64,000 bases of DNA from a virus, in the IMG/VR virus record IMGVR_UViG_3300032053_000008. One strand, given 5' to 3'. Made by a program: the position numbers and the translations under genes. Of this stretch, positions 46,646 to 57,215 are shown one piece after another. How positions within the stretch are numbered: the stretch's first letter is position 1; the number at the start of each line of letters is the position of its first letter. Under the pieces are notes generated by a model. That model ran no database searches. It saw only the letters and a program-made list of their open reading frames with translations, and was not told the DNA's origin.

Positions 46646-47401
46646 TTAACCTCTTTGTTCGGAGTATTCATCATACCCAAAACCCTTGAAAGTTATAGTA
46701 CCGCGAGCATTAAATCCATAGCCTGGCGGCAACATTGACAAAACGTGTCTACAGTGAGGGTGAGTGCAGCCAACAGTGGCTACCGGATTACGCCAGTCTT
46801 TGTTGTAGCCATCTTTAAGTTCCGACAGTTTATATACTTTTGGCACATAAAGGTCATCGGTGTGCCACAGCTTTTTGCAATTTACGCACAACTTAGCGTC
46901 TACTACACCAAGTTTCATTACGGTTGGGTCATCTTCCCCAATAGAAGCTCCAAGCTGTTCAATACCGGCTCTTTCGGCGTAAGCTTGGACGTTCTTTATT
47001 TCTGTGTTAAGGACGGTGCTGACATACTTAGAAGCTTTGTCCATACCGTCTCTGACTAAGCCTTCAACCTGGTCTAATTCTATGCCTTGTTCTGCAGCCA
47101 TAGTCAGATTGTTGATGGTCTTCAGGCGCTCTGCGTCCAGGTAGTTGGCGGTGATTTTTGCCATGCTTTTGATGCGCTTTACGTCTACTTTGGCATCTGG
47201 ACCGTACATCATGCCGATAGTATAGCGATAAATTCCTTCCATAGAATCAATCGGGTCTTGATCACGGATTATTTCAAAATAGATCGCTGGGCCACGGAAA
47301 AACCTTCCTAACAGTCTCGCCTTGAGTCTGTTAAAAAGGTCGTTTACGTGGGCTTCGATTGCCTTTTTTTGATTATCCGTCAACATCATGGTCGTGGTCA
47401 C
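46646..47401 (-). CDS. MuF-like head morphogenesis protein
   Basis: TE..., CVNC, HPHCRH; directly follows the portal. Confidence 0.7.
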   Translation of the reverse strand: MTTTMMLTDNQKKAIEAHVNDLFNRLKARLLGRFFRGPAIYFEIIRDQDPIDSMEGIYRYTIGMMYGPDAKVDVKRIKSMAKITANYLDAERLKTINNLTMAAEQGIELDQVEGLVRDGMDKASKYVSTVLNTEIKNVQAYAERAGIEQLGASIGEDDPTVMKLGVVDAKLCVNCKKLWHTDDLYVPKVYKLSELKDGYNKDWRNPVATVGCTHPHCRHVLSMLPPGYGFNARGTITFKGFGYDEYSEQRG

Positions 47402-49475
47402 AATCTTCGTGGTCTTCGTTTTTAGCTAAGGTGCCGTTTTGGATATCTGCTACAATCTTTCGTACAGCTTTTTCCGAATCTTTACGCCACGCTAGAAGAT
47501 TTTTGTCCACAATTTGATTGTGTCTAGCTAGAAGCATTTTGCTGATAGCTGTATGGTTGGTTTCCACAGACTTGTTAAGTTCAAAAAAGGTAGCGGCCAG
47601 TTCGCTTTTTTGAGCTGGTTGACCAGTATCCTGGTCACCAGAGGCTTCCTGACCACTATCCTGTCCATCTTGGCCAGGTTGCGGCTGTTGCTGAGGCTGT
47701 TGCATCTGCATAGCCATTTGTTGGTTTTGCATGGCCATTTGGGATTTCTGGATAGCTAATTGCATCTGTTGGAAATAGAAAGGATCTCTGATGTAGTCGT
47801 ATCTTGGATCTTGGGCTGCCCCTTCAATGCCAAAAAATGCTTCCATCATAAAACCGACTGTAAGGTATGGAGCAACACTGGTTTGCCATTGCTGGTTCAT
47901 GATAAATTGACCGCCAAGCTCTTTACCGAGAACTGGCTTTTCTACAGTCTTAAGGATATCATCCATGGTCATATGGACGTTCATATCCTGGCTAAGACGA
48001 GTAGATTCTTTTTCTGGATCGTCTTGTTCCAAACCAGCTAAAATAAGCTGGAACTCTTTACTGAACTCTTCATCAAACTTAGGCAAAATGTGTGTGTTTA
48101 GTAAGTCCTGGATATCATACATCAAAGGACGTAAACCTACGTCACGAGCGGCGATAAGTTTGTATTCATTGCTGGTTTCTGACAAAGTCTGAGAGTTAGA
48201 GCCACGGCTAAGGTGGGCATAACCTGGCAATTCTTCTGGTGACATTTGGAATGCACCAAGAACTATTCGAGCCGTGTCGTCAGACAAAAACTGGAACTCT
48301 TTGTCTCTACCAGCAGAATCTGTGGTCTGGAAAATAATGTCGTCTTCGCTGCCGATACCAAAAACTGGCATACGGTAACTGTTTTTGACCGAGTTAATAC
48401 TGGCATGGAACTGGTTACGGATCTTTTGGATCGTGCCTTCGTCTATGTCATCAGACTTAAAGACCAACATACCCCTAGCAGCTCGACCGTTTTCAAAGAA
48501 CAGTTTATTCTGGAGGGAAATGCTGATATGGGTAATAACGGCGTTAAGGGCCTGGTCGATAGGGGTTAAAGGGTAGCCGTTGTATTCAATATTGGTTGTT
48601 GGAAATATGTTGTACACAACCAATTCTTTTTCGGTGAACACTTGAACTGGGGTACCATTGATAACCTGGACCCATTTGTATTCATCTTTTTCATATTTGG
48701 AAATATCGAACTTTTTGTCATCAAGTTTTTCCAACATACGCATAGCAGCAATACGCTGTTCTTGGTCATGGCTAGCGCTTGGGATAATACGGTAGATAGT
48801 ACCAGCATCTACTGCCCTAAATGCCACGCAAACGTTTTCACCACGGTCGGTGTCATTAGCGTAAATAAATTCGGTAGCTGACCGACCAAAAAGGAGGGCA
48901 TCCCTGGTGGTCATCTTAAGGAACTGAGACAAGTTTGGATGCCAGTCTTCTATGACTCTGTTTGACCCACAGTTCCACATCACTTCTTTGATTTTTTCGA
49001 TGCGTTTTTGAATTTCTTTTTGCTGGTCTGGAGTTTCATGTGGTTCTGGATGCATTTGCTGGAATTCAAAGCCAACGCTAAAGCGGCTAGTTCTAGGACG
49101 ACCAAAAGACGCCAGAGTATTAGATCTAGCTTGCAAAATTTGGTTAACCAGGTCATCACCTTGAGGACCAGCAATACGCTTAAGGATAGGATCTGGGGTT
49201 AGGTTGGTTTTTTGGCGGTAAGTAGATACAGTTCCAAGGTTGGCATCCCTTGGGTCAAGAGTAAAAGCTAGGCGAATGTCATGTTCCCTGGCTTTTTCAC
49301 TCTTACGCAAAGAATCTAGAATCAACTTAAGGCTTCCACCTTTGTCGTCTTGAGGTTCTTTTTCGTCAGCTTCCATAGCTTTAGCTATTTTGTAGCTATT
49401 AGCATCCAAGGCAAACACCTGGGTTTGATCTTCCTTAGCTTTTTTAGATTTATTCAGGAAGTCCGAGCTATCCAT
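47373..49475 (-). CDS. Portal protein
   Basis: VDAGTI, GYPLTPI, FFENGRAARG, AFQMSPEEL, GLRPL motifs; between terminase and protease. Confidence 0.88.
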   Translation of the reverse strand: MDSSDFLNKSKKAKEDQTQVFALDANSYKIAKAMEADEKEPQDDKGGSLKLILDSLRKSEKAREHDIRLAFTLDPRDANLGTVSTYRQKTNLTPDPILKRIAGPQGDDLVNQILQARSNTLASFGRPRTSRFSVGFEFQQMHPEPHETPDQQKEIQKRIEKIKEVMWNCGSNRVIEDWHPNLSQFLKMTTRDALLFGRSATEFIYANDTDRGENVCVAFRAVDAGTIYRIIPSASHDQEQRIAAMRMLEKLDDKKFDISKYEKDEYKWVQVINGTPVQVFTEKELVVYNIFPTTNIEYNGYPLTPIDQALNAVITHISISLQNKLFFENGRAARGMLVFKSDDIDEGTIQKIRNQFHASINSVKNSYRMPVFGIGSEDDIIFQTTDSAGRDKEFQFLSDDTARIVLGAFQMSPEELPGYAHLSRGSNSQTLSETSNEYKLIAARDVGLRPLMYDIQDLLNTHILPKFDEEFSKEFQLILAGLEQDDPEKESTRLSQDMNVHMTMDDILKTVEKPVLGKELGGQFIMNQQWQTSVAPYLTVGFMMEAFFGIEGAAQDPRYDYIRDPFYFQQMQLAIQKSQMAMQNQQMAMQMQQPQQQPQPGQDGQDSGQEASGDQDTGQPAQKSELAATFFELNKSVETNHTAISKMLLARHNQIVDKNLLAWRKDSEKAVRKIVADIQNGTLAKNEDHEDCDHDHDVDG

Positions 49476-49478
49476 ATT

Positions 49479-50462
49479 TTACTCTGCTACAAAATATTTG
49501 ATTGTCGCTACGCTAACTGACAAATTTACTATAACTAGTGAATAAACCAAGCCAACTTTTGACATAAAACCAATTAAATCTGGTTTTCCTGATGCAATTG
49601 GGTCAACCGTGTTTCTGTTGCTGGTTTCGCCGTTTAACTTAACAGCAACCATCTGATTTGACTCCAGGTAAATGAAATTCTTAGCACCACTATAGATCAT
49701 AATGGTATCTAAAACATAAGTCAACCCAGTTTCAGTAGGGATAGGAGCAGTAGATATATAGTATACAGTATACGGTGTACTATCTACTATGTTATACGAA
49801 CCAATAGAGGCGGCACTTAGTGTGCCATAAATAGCTATAGTATTGCCAGCCTGGACGCCGTCTTGTACGTAAAACTGAACCTGGCCACTAGGGATAGGTC
49901 CAACTATCGTTTCTGACACGCCATTACAAGGATTACCTTGTCCGCGATTAACTTGAACCGTTTTTGCTGTGTTATTTACCGCTAAAACGATCCAAATACC
50001 TGAATTGATTGCATTAAATGAAAACGGACCAGTTTCAAAGGTACCAGTACCGGCAATTCTCATCACATCGCCAACCTGAACAGCGCTAAGGTCGGCACCA
50101 GGGAATGTAAAAACGGCTATGGCATTGTTGTTCATTTGAACAGTAGCCGAGGATATTCCAGTGGCTACATGGGCAGTTTTAAAGCTACCTGGTCCAGAAG
50201 TAATAGACAAAGCATAAGTAGATGTTTTTACTTGACTATTAGACAACACCGAAGATCCGGTTAACCCTGTGGAAATCAAAGAGTTAACTATGGAGTATTG
50301 TTGTCCTGGAGCTATGGTTATGGTGTTGTGGGCTGGATTTTCAATAGCTAAAGCCGATAAACGCCTGGTCCAGTCATAGTCCTTGTATTGAGGATTGTCT
50401 GTATTTCCAGAAGGATCTGAATAGGCTAAAAGCTGATTTGTAATGTTAAGTATTGAAGTCAT
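49479..50462 (-). CDS. Hypothetical beta-rich virion protein
   Basis: Between terminase and portal; AATCTT element upstream. Confidence 0.6.
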   Translation of the reverse strand: MTSILNITNQLLAYSDPSGNTDNPQYKDYDWTRRLSALAIENPAHNTITIAPGQQYSIVNSLISTGLTGSSVLSNSQVKTSTYALSITSGPGSFKTAHVATGISSATVQMNNNAIAVFTFPGADLSAVQVGDVMRIAGTGTFETGPFSFNAINSGIWIVLAVNNTAKTVQVNRGQGNPCNGVSETIVGPIPSGQVQFYVQDGVQAGNTIAIYGTLSAASIGSYNIVDSTPYTVYYISTAPIPTETGLTYVLDTIMIYSGAKNFIYLESNQMVAVKLNGETSNRNTVDPIASGKPDLIGFMSKVGLVYSLVIVNLSVSVATIKYFVAE

Positions 50463-50506
50463 TGACTTTTTTCTCCATTAGGCTCATAAAAGATTAGGGG
50501 ACGGAC

Positions 50507-52399
50507 TTAGTCGTTTGAAAAGTCCCAAAAAACTGAACCAGTTGCGGACTTTCCTTTACCTTTTGAGTCTACTTCATTAGATGCTATCTCGAAGATCTCA
50601 TTAAAATAGTTCCTTTGGCCAGGACCGGGCTGAAACTGAGGTAAAGATGATCTGGTTTTCAGGATGTCTTGTTCTCTTTCGCGTAGATCTGGGGCAACTA
50701 AGCCACCTTTAGTGGCAAAAAGGTTCTGACCCATATAACGCAAACTATCGAGGGCATCGGCATGATTTTCATCATCCGGTTCGGCAGTTATATTGCCTGC
50801 TGCATCGGTTCTAAAGTGATGGCTATGGAAACCTTTAATAATGTGCCTGTTTTCTTCAGTAAGAAGAACCTTTAACCTACGACGACCGGAAGCATCAATT
50901 ATTTGTCCCCTAATTGAAGATATGCCACCAGATACATCTTTTTTAAACTCTTTGCATGGCATTCCAGCTTTTTTAAATGATTTAATGAACATAGGCTGGG
51001 CAGTGTCCATAAACCATTTTCTTGGCATATATTTGTCACGTATATATTCGGAATATTTCATCATTTCCGGGAACTCTAAACCAGCCATAACAAAACACTC
51101 TACAATCCAAAAGTCCCCACTAGGAAGTATAGCCCCAACTATTAGGGCAAAGTTATGCCTAAAGCCCCAGTCACCGCCTACATAAAATTGTATACCAAGT
51201 TCAGACATTTTAAGGATAAGTTCTGGTAGAGTTACGTCTGGTTTTTCATCGCCCATAAGCTGATAATAAGCGTTACTAACCGTTATAGTATTTTCTCCTT
51301 CAGTTTGATCAAAGCGAGGATATACAAGACCTGTACTGCTCGGTTTCCAGCAAAGTAACTGAGCCTCAGCCATATCGGGTTCAATTTTAGAAAACTGGTT
51401 AATAGTAAAATCTATTGGCTTCCACAGTCCACCTCTATCGTTTTCTGGTCTATTGGCTAGGCGAGTTTTACACACAGGTAAAAGTTTACAGTCAACGCAC
51501 CCGACATAAGCCTCTATTGCTTCATATCCGTCTCTTTTTTCTTCTGGTAGAGACAAGTGTTCTTCTGGGGATATTTGCAAAAGAGGCAGGTTTTTTGCTA
51601 TATACCTTTTAACGGTACCTTGATCTTTTTTGTTGCGCTTTGGTGAGCAGTGCTCAGTTACATCTAATATGTTCCAGTGTCTTATTGGGTGACCATTTTC
51701 CTGGGCTCTTTCTATTTCTTTTTGCATCAAACCGAAAGCAAATTTACGAGTAGAGGTGTAAAGAGTAATTGGGAATTTACCATTTTGTACCCCAGGAATC
51801 ATCTTAGCCTCTTCAAAAGCCTGAGGATACTGGACAACATCTACCTCATCGCATGCAAAAAAAAGTGTATGGTTACTGTTACTTCCCTGAAGCGTGGCGA
51901 CAATAACTTGAACGTAAACTTCATCTCCGTTGGCATTTTTAATAGAAATGTTGCGCACGTTTTTGGATGTAACTGCTCCACCGTGATGCTCTAGGTATGG
52001 TTCTATTTTACGTACAAAAGAGTTGATATATTGAATAGCTTTAGCGGACTGAGAAGTAATTGCTGCCATGTGAGCCACGGTAGCATTCAAATGGACCATT
52101 AAAATAACTTCAAGTGCCGAACATCCCAAGGTTTTGTATGCGTCTCTGGCGCTGTATACAACATATACAGGCTTTTCATTTCCTTCGTTATTTCTCATTG
52201 CAGTATAAACTTCAAACATCCATTCAACTGGAGATGTATTGCTATCTGGGTCTACCGTACCCATAGGGAAATCTATGTCAAAAAAATTACACATCCAATC
52301 GCGCATTTGTTGTGGCGTTTCAAAAGGCTTTAGAAATGTTTCGGCTAAAGCTAACTGAATAGCTGTCATGGGTTTGGCAGTGTCAGGTTTTTTAGCCAT
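50507..52399 (-). CDS. terL: Terminase large subunit
   Basis: SARDAYKT Walker A-like, CDEVD Walker B, TST motif III, GGDWG and HADALDSLRY nuclease motifs. Confidence 0.9.
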   Translation of the reverse strand: MAKKPDTAKPMTAIQLALAETFLKPFETPQQMRDWMCNFFDIDFPMGTVDPDSNTSPVEWMFEVYTAMRNNEGNEKPVYVVYSARDAYKTLGCSALEVILMVHLNATVAHMAAITSQSAKAIQYINSFVRKIEPYLEHHGGAVTSKNVRNISIKNANGDEVYVQVIVATLQGSNSNHTLFFACDEVDVVQYPQAFEEAKMIPGVQNGKFPITLYTSTRKFAFGLMQKEIERAQENGHPIRHWNILDVTEHCSPKRNKKDQGTVKRYIAKNLPLLQISPEEHLSLPEEKRDGYEAIEAYVGCVDCKLLPVCKTRLANRPENDRGGLWKPIDFTINQFSKIEPDMAEAQLLCWKPSSTGLVYPRFDQTEGENTITVSNAYYQLMGDEKPDVTLPELILKMSELGIQFYVGGDWGFRHNFALIVGAILPSGDFWIVECFVMAGLEFPEMMKYSEYIRDKYMPRKWFMDTAQPMFIKSFKKAGMPCKEFKKDVSGGISSIRGQIIDASGRRRLKVLLTEENRHIIKGFHSHHFRTDAAGNITAEPDDENHADALDSLRYMGQNLFATKGGLVAPDLREREQDILKTRSSLPQFQPGPGQRNYFNEIFEIASNEVDSKGKGKSATGSVFWDFSND

Positions 52400-53087
52400 T
52401 TTCCCCTCTAGCTTTTTTACGTTTTTCTTCTGCCATGATGTTCAGAATTTGCTGGGTAGCGTCAGTTTGAACCTCTACCTTACCTGCTTCAAGGGTTATT
52501 GGGTTGGCAGATTTGCCCTGTAGAGCTTCTCTTTCGTCTTTGATGGTAAAGGTGCGGTCCTGGCCGCTAAGCTTTTGCAGAGACTCTATAACCTTTGCCA
52601 GATCGCTGATACTGTTGATCGACAAAGCATCTTTAAGGTAAGATTCGTCTCCGGTTTGGATATACTTTTTCAGCCTGTCGCCATGTTTTTTGTTGGCGGC
52701 AGCTATCATGTCGGTATAAATACTGGTGGCCTCTATGGCGGCTTTAGTGATTTTGTTAATGACCCTTTGGTTCATAGTAACCATAGCATCATGGTACATT
52801 TGGTCCCAGCTATAACGTAGTCTAGCCAGGTAAATGCAACCTTTTGGAAAAGAAGGATTTAACCTGTGGATCTCATTGACATCATACCCATTTAAGTAAA
52901 GGTCAAAAAACTTTTGGGCAGTGACCAAAGCTAATGGCGCACCACCCTTTAAAATATAGTCGCTAAGTTCCTGGAACTCTTCAGAAGTCAGATAGATCTT
53001 AGCTCGATCAATAATTAGCTGACCATCACTCAGTTTCTGTTTGATCTGGGTTTCTAACTGGATCTGGTTTGTCAATTCTACTGTCAT
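52392..53087 (-). CDS. Putative terminase small subunit
   Basis: Directly upstream of terL; helical with an HTH-like segment. Confidence 0.45.
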   Translation of the reverse strand: MTVELTNQIQLETQIKQKLSDGQLIIDRAKIYLTSEEFQELSDYILKGGAPLALVTAQKFFDLYLNGYDVNEIHRLNPSFPKGCIYLARLRYSWDQMYHDAMVTMNQRVINKITKAAIEATSIYTDMIAAANKKHGDRLKKYIQTGDESYLKDALSINSISDLAKVIESLQKLSGQDRTFTIKDEREALQGKSANPITLEAGKVEVQTDATQQILNIMAEEKRKKARGENG

Positions 53088-53385
53088 AAATCTTCTTGTC
53101 GTTTAGTATATACACACATTCAGAGTCATTCCAAAGTATGTATTGTGTCCAATCAGATATAAGATTAAGTAATTCCTGGGTTTTCTTGGATTTACGGTAC
53201 TTGCCAGTAGATTTGGCATTAAAGGTAACTACGTGAGTATTGGGCTCTATTTTGATCTCAACTGCATTTACATTTGGCAATAAAACCCCATAACACTGGA
53301 GCTGATACACTTGGAACTCATGGACAGAGCCGAAGCGCTCGGTCATACCCTTTAGCCAATACAACTGGTCTTTTGGTGACTTCAC
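53026..53385 (-). CDS. Hypothetical protein
   Basis: Operon context. Confidence 0.55.
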   Translation of the reverse strand: MKSPKDQLYWLKGMTERFGSVHEFQVYQLQCYGVLLPNVNAVEIKIEPNTHVVTFNAKSTGKYRKSKKTQELLNLISDWTQYILWNDSECVYILNDKKIYDSRIDKPDPVRNPDQTETE

Positions 53386-54368
53386 CCTACTACCCCTGGC
53401 AACAGGTCTTTAAACATGGAATTCAAAGCAACCACCTCTTTTTTCCCAAGGTCCTTGGAGGTAACATAGTCTATGAAATAAGAATTAAATGCAACAGGTA
53501 TACCGTTTGATTCGGTAACTTCGGTCTGGATTACGTCATTTTGGATTGTAGTTCTAACCTTAGCAGATGTCCAGCTCTTTTTAAGGCAGTCCGATACGAA
53601 CTTTTTGTTTCCAGTGATGTCGATATATACCCGGTCTGGTGACAAAGACTTCAAAGCTTTTTGGGCTTCTGCTAGCTCTTGATCATTTGAAACCTTGATC
53701 AAAACCATAAGCTCCGACACACTTGCAGGAGTTGGTATAAACTCAAAAGAACCGTTATCAAAGATATGTATACCTTTGATTTCATTGGCATCAGACCTGG
53801 TTAGTGCGCGAGGTGTACCTGGGTAGAAGATATTGCCAAACTCTTGTTTCATATGAATATGACCGGAGATCACTTTAAGGTGTGACGGCAATAAAGCTGG
53901 GTCTACTCCATGAGGAGCATAAAAACCGTTTTCAAACTGGCATCCATTAAACTCTTGGTGACAAAACAGGTACTTGGTGTCTGGCAAAACGATGTCATTT
54001 ACGATCCTTACAAAATCATCAGAGTTACGCACAAAAGGCACATAAAGGGTGTCGCCATATAGACTTGGCTTGTTGAAAACTACGGTACCCAAGAAGGAGG
54101 GGAAATCGTGAGTACCGTCTGGTGACATGTCATGATTGCCAACCAATATTTCTATTTGCACACCTCTGTTTTTGGCTGACTCGATTGATTTATGCCAGAA
54201 GTTGAGCACTTCAATATTACACACACCAAAATCGTTAAAAATATCACCAAGCACCAAAACAAATCTTTCATTAAGTTCTGCAACATCTAGTATCCACTCC
54301 CAGAGCCGCCGAGACTCTTCTATATTGGTCTTTTTGACGTGCATGTCACCTACAATAACCTTAGCCAT
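53382..54368 (-). CDS. Mre11/SbcD-like metallophosphoesterase nuclease
   Basis: GDMH, GDIF, GNHD, HQE, SGHIH, YPGTP. Confidence 0.88.
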   Translation of the reverse strand: MAKVIVGDMHVKKTNIEESRRLWEWILDVAELNERFVLVLGDIFNDFGVCNIEVLNFWHKSIESAKNRGVQIEILVGNHDMSPDGTHDFPSFLGTVVFNKPSLYGDTLYVPFVRNSDDFVRIVNDIVLPDTKYLFCHQEFNGCQFENGFYAPHGVDPALLPSHLKVISGHIHMKQEFGNIFYPGTPRALTRSDANEIKGIHIFDNGSFEFIPTPASVSELMVLIKVSNDQELAEAQKALKSLSPDRVYIDITGNKKFVSDCLKKSWTSAKVRTTIQNDVIQTEVTESNGIPVAFNSYFIDYVTSKDLGKKEVVALNSMFKDLLPGVVG

Positions 54369-54663
54369 CGACTTCTACCCCTACAATGTAGTCCATTGGA
54401 GCTAACACAAACTCTAGGTCACCGATATGCCAGATTTCTTTGTTCCAAGGACTAAAGCCTGCATCGGGTCTAAGGTAGACCGTGGTACCCTTTTTCATAC
54501 CGCCAACACCGTCAATCAGAACAACGGACTTAGATAGTTCTCTCTTTTGTTTGGTAATAGCTAGGCCACCCTTAAGCATTGTATCAACTTGAGTGGCAAC
54601 TATTGGCTTAATTGGCAAAAACTTGGTATCATGAAGGTACATTAAAGACATGTTCGGCTCCAT
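54361..54663 (-). CDS. GroES-like co-chaperonin
   Basis: About 100 aa; KGGLAI mobile-loop-like segment, KKGTTVY, EFVLAPMDYIVGV. Confidence 0.55.
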   Translation of the reverse strand: MEPNMSLMYLHDTKFLPIKPIVATQVDTMLKGGLAITKQKRELSKSVVLIDGVGGMKKGTTVYLRPDAGFSPWNKEIWHIGDLEFVLAPMDYIVGVEVDG

Positions 54664-56200
54664 TTTCTATTGTTTCTATTTCGTCTGGGATCATTGCATC
54701 ATGTATTGCACCAATCTTAAGTGCGCTATAAATAAGGGTATCTTCTTTAGGTGACCCTTCATCGTAAGTAGTAGAGTTGTTTAAGACTGAATGCGTTGTT
54801 GACATTGCATAATTGGTTTTAGATACAAAAACCTTAGCTGTAGCGGAAGATCTTGATTTTGCTATTAAAAAACGAACTATTTGAGCGTTTTTATCTTTAC
54901 CGCTGGCATTTAAGGTTATGATATTAGAGGCTCTTTGTACGATATTATAGGCATCAGCTACGTCAGCCTGGTCGATCATGGAAGAACCCTCTTTAAGATT
55001 CTTGGCCTTTTGGAAACCTCCACGGTTGGCCTGCAGAGGGGTTATGACGTGGAACTGTTCCTCAATAGCCATAGTAACAAACTGGTCATAAATGAAGGTC
55101 TTAACCGCATGATCTGCCAGATCTTTTCCAGTATTACGGCTAGACAATTTACCGGGATAGTCATCTATAACTAGATCATACCCTTTATTATTTGAACTAT
55201 TGCCCCTCATAAAGGCATTCTTTTCTTTAATCATATCGATAACATCTTCAACAAACATAGATCCAGCCTTAACCCATGGAACATAAGTTAAGTGATCATT
55301 AATGAACTTAGCGTAAGCATTAGCTCTTTCTGCTTTTAGCATTTCTGGGTCCATCAGTTGTTGTCTTGTCATTTGAAAATAACACTGATAGATCTTGTCT
55401 GCAATATCTCTAGCGTTTTGTTCATGAGTAACCAATAAACACTTTTTACCAGAAATCATATTGGCAACCAATATACTAATAACAGCCGTAGTTTTACCAC
55501 CGTTGGATGGGGCAATTATCATTGTGGTGTCACCTCTAGCAAGAGACCCTTTGCTATAGTGTTTTTGATGTCTAGCTACAAACTTATTGGTAGGCAATAC
55601 GGCATTGATTTTAGATCCAGGAAGTAAAAGTTCATCTAAATCTGGATGACCAAGAGTTAAACAGTCACTCATTTCCGTATTGAAACCTTCGTAAAACTTT
55701 TCTGGATTAGAAAAGTCGAAACTTTCATTGTGTAAAAATGAACACTCTTTAACTTTAGCTATGGCCCTATCTACCCAGTCTATGGTATCCAAGCTTTTCT
55801 TTGTGTTGTACATGTGAGCAGCTTCGGCCAGATAATTCCTAAACATAACCATCTTAAGCCAGCCAGTTGCGCTTTTACTAACATAGTCTCTACTTTGATT
55901 ATTAGAACTGGCAATACAGTGATCTATTTTTGTATGAAGTGTTGTATAGGTAGTAAAATGAGTGCTATATACATAACCCTTTAACTCTTCAGGTGTAGGA
56001 GAAATCTTAAACTCAGTGTGATATTTTTGAACACAGGCAAATAAAACAGACAAATTGGCATCAGTAAAGTAACCGGGCTTTAACAAAGATATCGACTTTG
56101 AAGCAAACCATCCAGCTTGAAGCATATGACCAATCATAGCTTCTTGAAAGCTATTATCAAATTTGTCCATAGTTATCGGTACTGAAAGTTCGCTAGTCAT
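54629..56200 (-). CDS. DnaB-like replicative helicase
   Basis: APSNGGKT, THEQ, VIDDY, QANR, IAKSR. Confidence 0.85.
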   Translation of the reverse strand: MTSELSVPITMDKFDNSFQEAMIGHMLQAGWFASKSISLLKPGYFTDANLSVLFACVQKYHTEFKISPTPEELKGYVYSTHFTTYTTLHTKIDHCIASSNNQSRDYVSKSATGWLKMVMFRNYLAEAAHMYNTKKSLDTIDWVDRAIAKVKECSFLHNESFDFSNPEKFYEGFNTEMSDCLTLGHPDLDELLLPGSKINAVLPTNKFVARHQKHYSKGSLARGDTTMIIAPSNGGKTTAVISILVANMISGKKCLLVTHEQNARDIADKIYQCYFQMTRQQLMDPEMLKAERANAYAKFINDHLTYVPWVKAGSMFVEDVIDMIKEKNAFMRGNSSNNKGYDLVIDDYPGKLSSRNTGKDLADHAVKTFIYDQFVTMAIEEQFHVITPLQANRGGFQKAKNLKEGSSMIDQADVADAYNIVQRASNIITLNASGKDKNAQIVRFLIAKSRSSATAKVFVSKTNYAMSTTHSVLNNSTTYDEGSPKEDTLIYSALKIGAIHDAMIPDEIETIENGAEHVFNVPS

Positions 56201-56201
56201 A

Positions 56202-57215
56202 CTATCCTTTGAGATGAAAAATTAGTTCCATACCGCTATACAGCTTAGCTTCTTTCATAGCAACAACACATTCATCTTCGGTGCACTCTCCAAAATCGGC
56301 CTTTTTTGACATACCGTGACATCTGTTCTTTGCCGACTCCGGTACCTCCATAAGATACACTTTTTTCCCAGCAGAATACAAGCTTCGAGCTAAAGAATCT
56401 GTTTCTTGATAGGCATCATCATCTAGTCCCAAGAAAACTGACGATGCACTGGTGTCTATTAAAAGCTTTATTTGCTTTTCTGATAAGGTTTTGCCCATTG
56501 TTGCCACGTAATGATGACATTTATTAAACTTTAAAGCATCAAATGGCCCCTCAGCAACAACAAAAAAGGGGGAATCTTTGATAGTGTCGTAAAACATCAC
56601 CAATGAGTCTCTACGAAACCCTATATTATTTCTCATTCGGTCTTTTTGGTCTACTTTGTCAATAGCTCTTCCTTGCCAGCCATAACAAACTTCATCTATA
56701 AAGATTGGCATAATAAGCCTGCGAGTAATCATATTGAACATAAAACCGTGATTTATGGCCAAATCCAAAGAAACGTTTCTGGACGCTAAATATAAAACTG
56801 CATCTTCAGCTATTGGATGATCCAGGCTGAACAGTCCAGCTTCAGGCCATTCTATTGATTCTATGTAGTTTTCTGGGGCAACGGTAGTGTCATCTTCATC
56901 TATAAAGTGCAAAATCAGAGGGTTATCTAGTGATACCTCTTTATTGCCATATACCACAGACCGAGCTTCAGCCAGTGGAATGTTTGCTGTCAAGGCTATC
57001 CAATCTGGCATCCATCTGCGACCATAGGTACAGCTTCCGTGGAAACACACAGAAGATCCATTAGCTTTAAGGACAAAGAATTTGTCTGATCTGCCGCACA
57101 AAGGGCATCTGGTAAGGAGGGAGCGCCGGTTTTCACCAGCAAGCTCCCCGTAAGTAGAAAGGAGGGATCGTATGAACTCCTCAGATAAATCCGAGGCTTT
57201 TTGCGTCTTTTTCAT
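56202..57215 (-). CDS. DNA primase (Zn-binding domain plus TOPRIM)
   Basis: CPLC..CFHGSC; EGPFD; LDDD. Confidence 0.85.
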   Translation of the reverse strand: MKKTQKASDLSEEFIRSLLSTYGELAGENRRSLLTRCPLCGRSDKFFVLKANGSSVCFHGSCTYGRRWMPDWIALTANIPLAEARSVVYGNKEVSLDNPLILHFIDEDDTTVAPENYIESIEWPEAGLFSLDHPIAEDAVLYLASRNVSLDLAINHGFMFNMITRRLIMPIFIDEVCYGWQGRAIDKVDQKDRMRNNIGFRRDSLVMFYDTIKDSPFFVVAEGPFDALKFNKCHHYVATMGKTLSEKQIKLLIDTSASSVFLGLDDDAYQETDSLARSLYSAGKKVYLMEVPESAKNRCHGMSKKADFGECTEDECVVAMKEAKLYSGMELIFHLKG

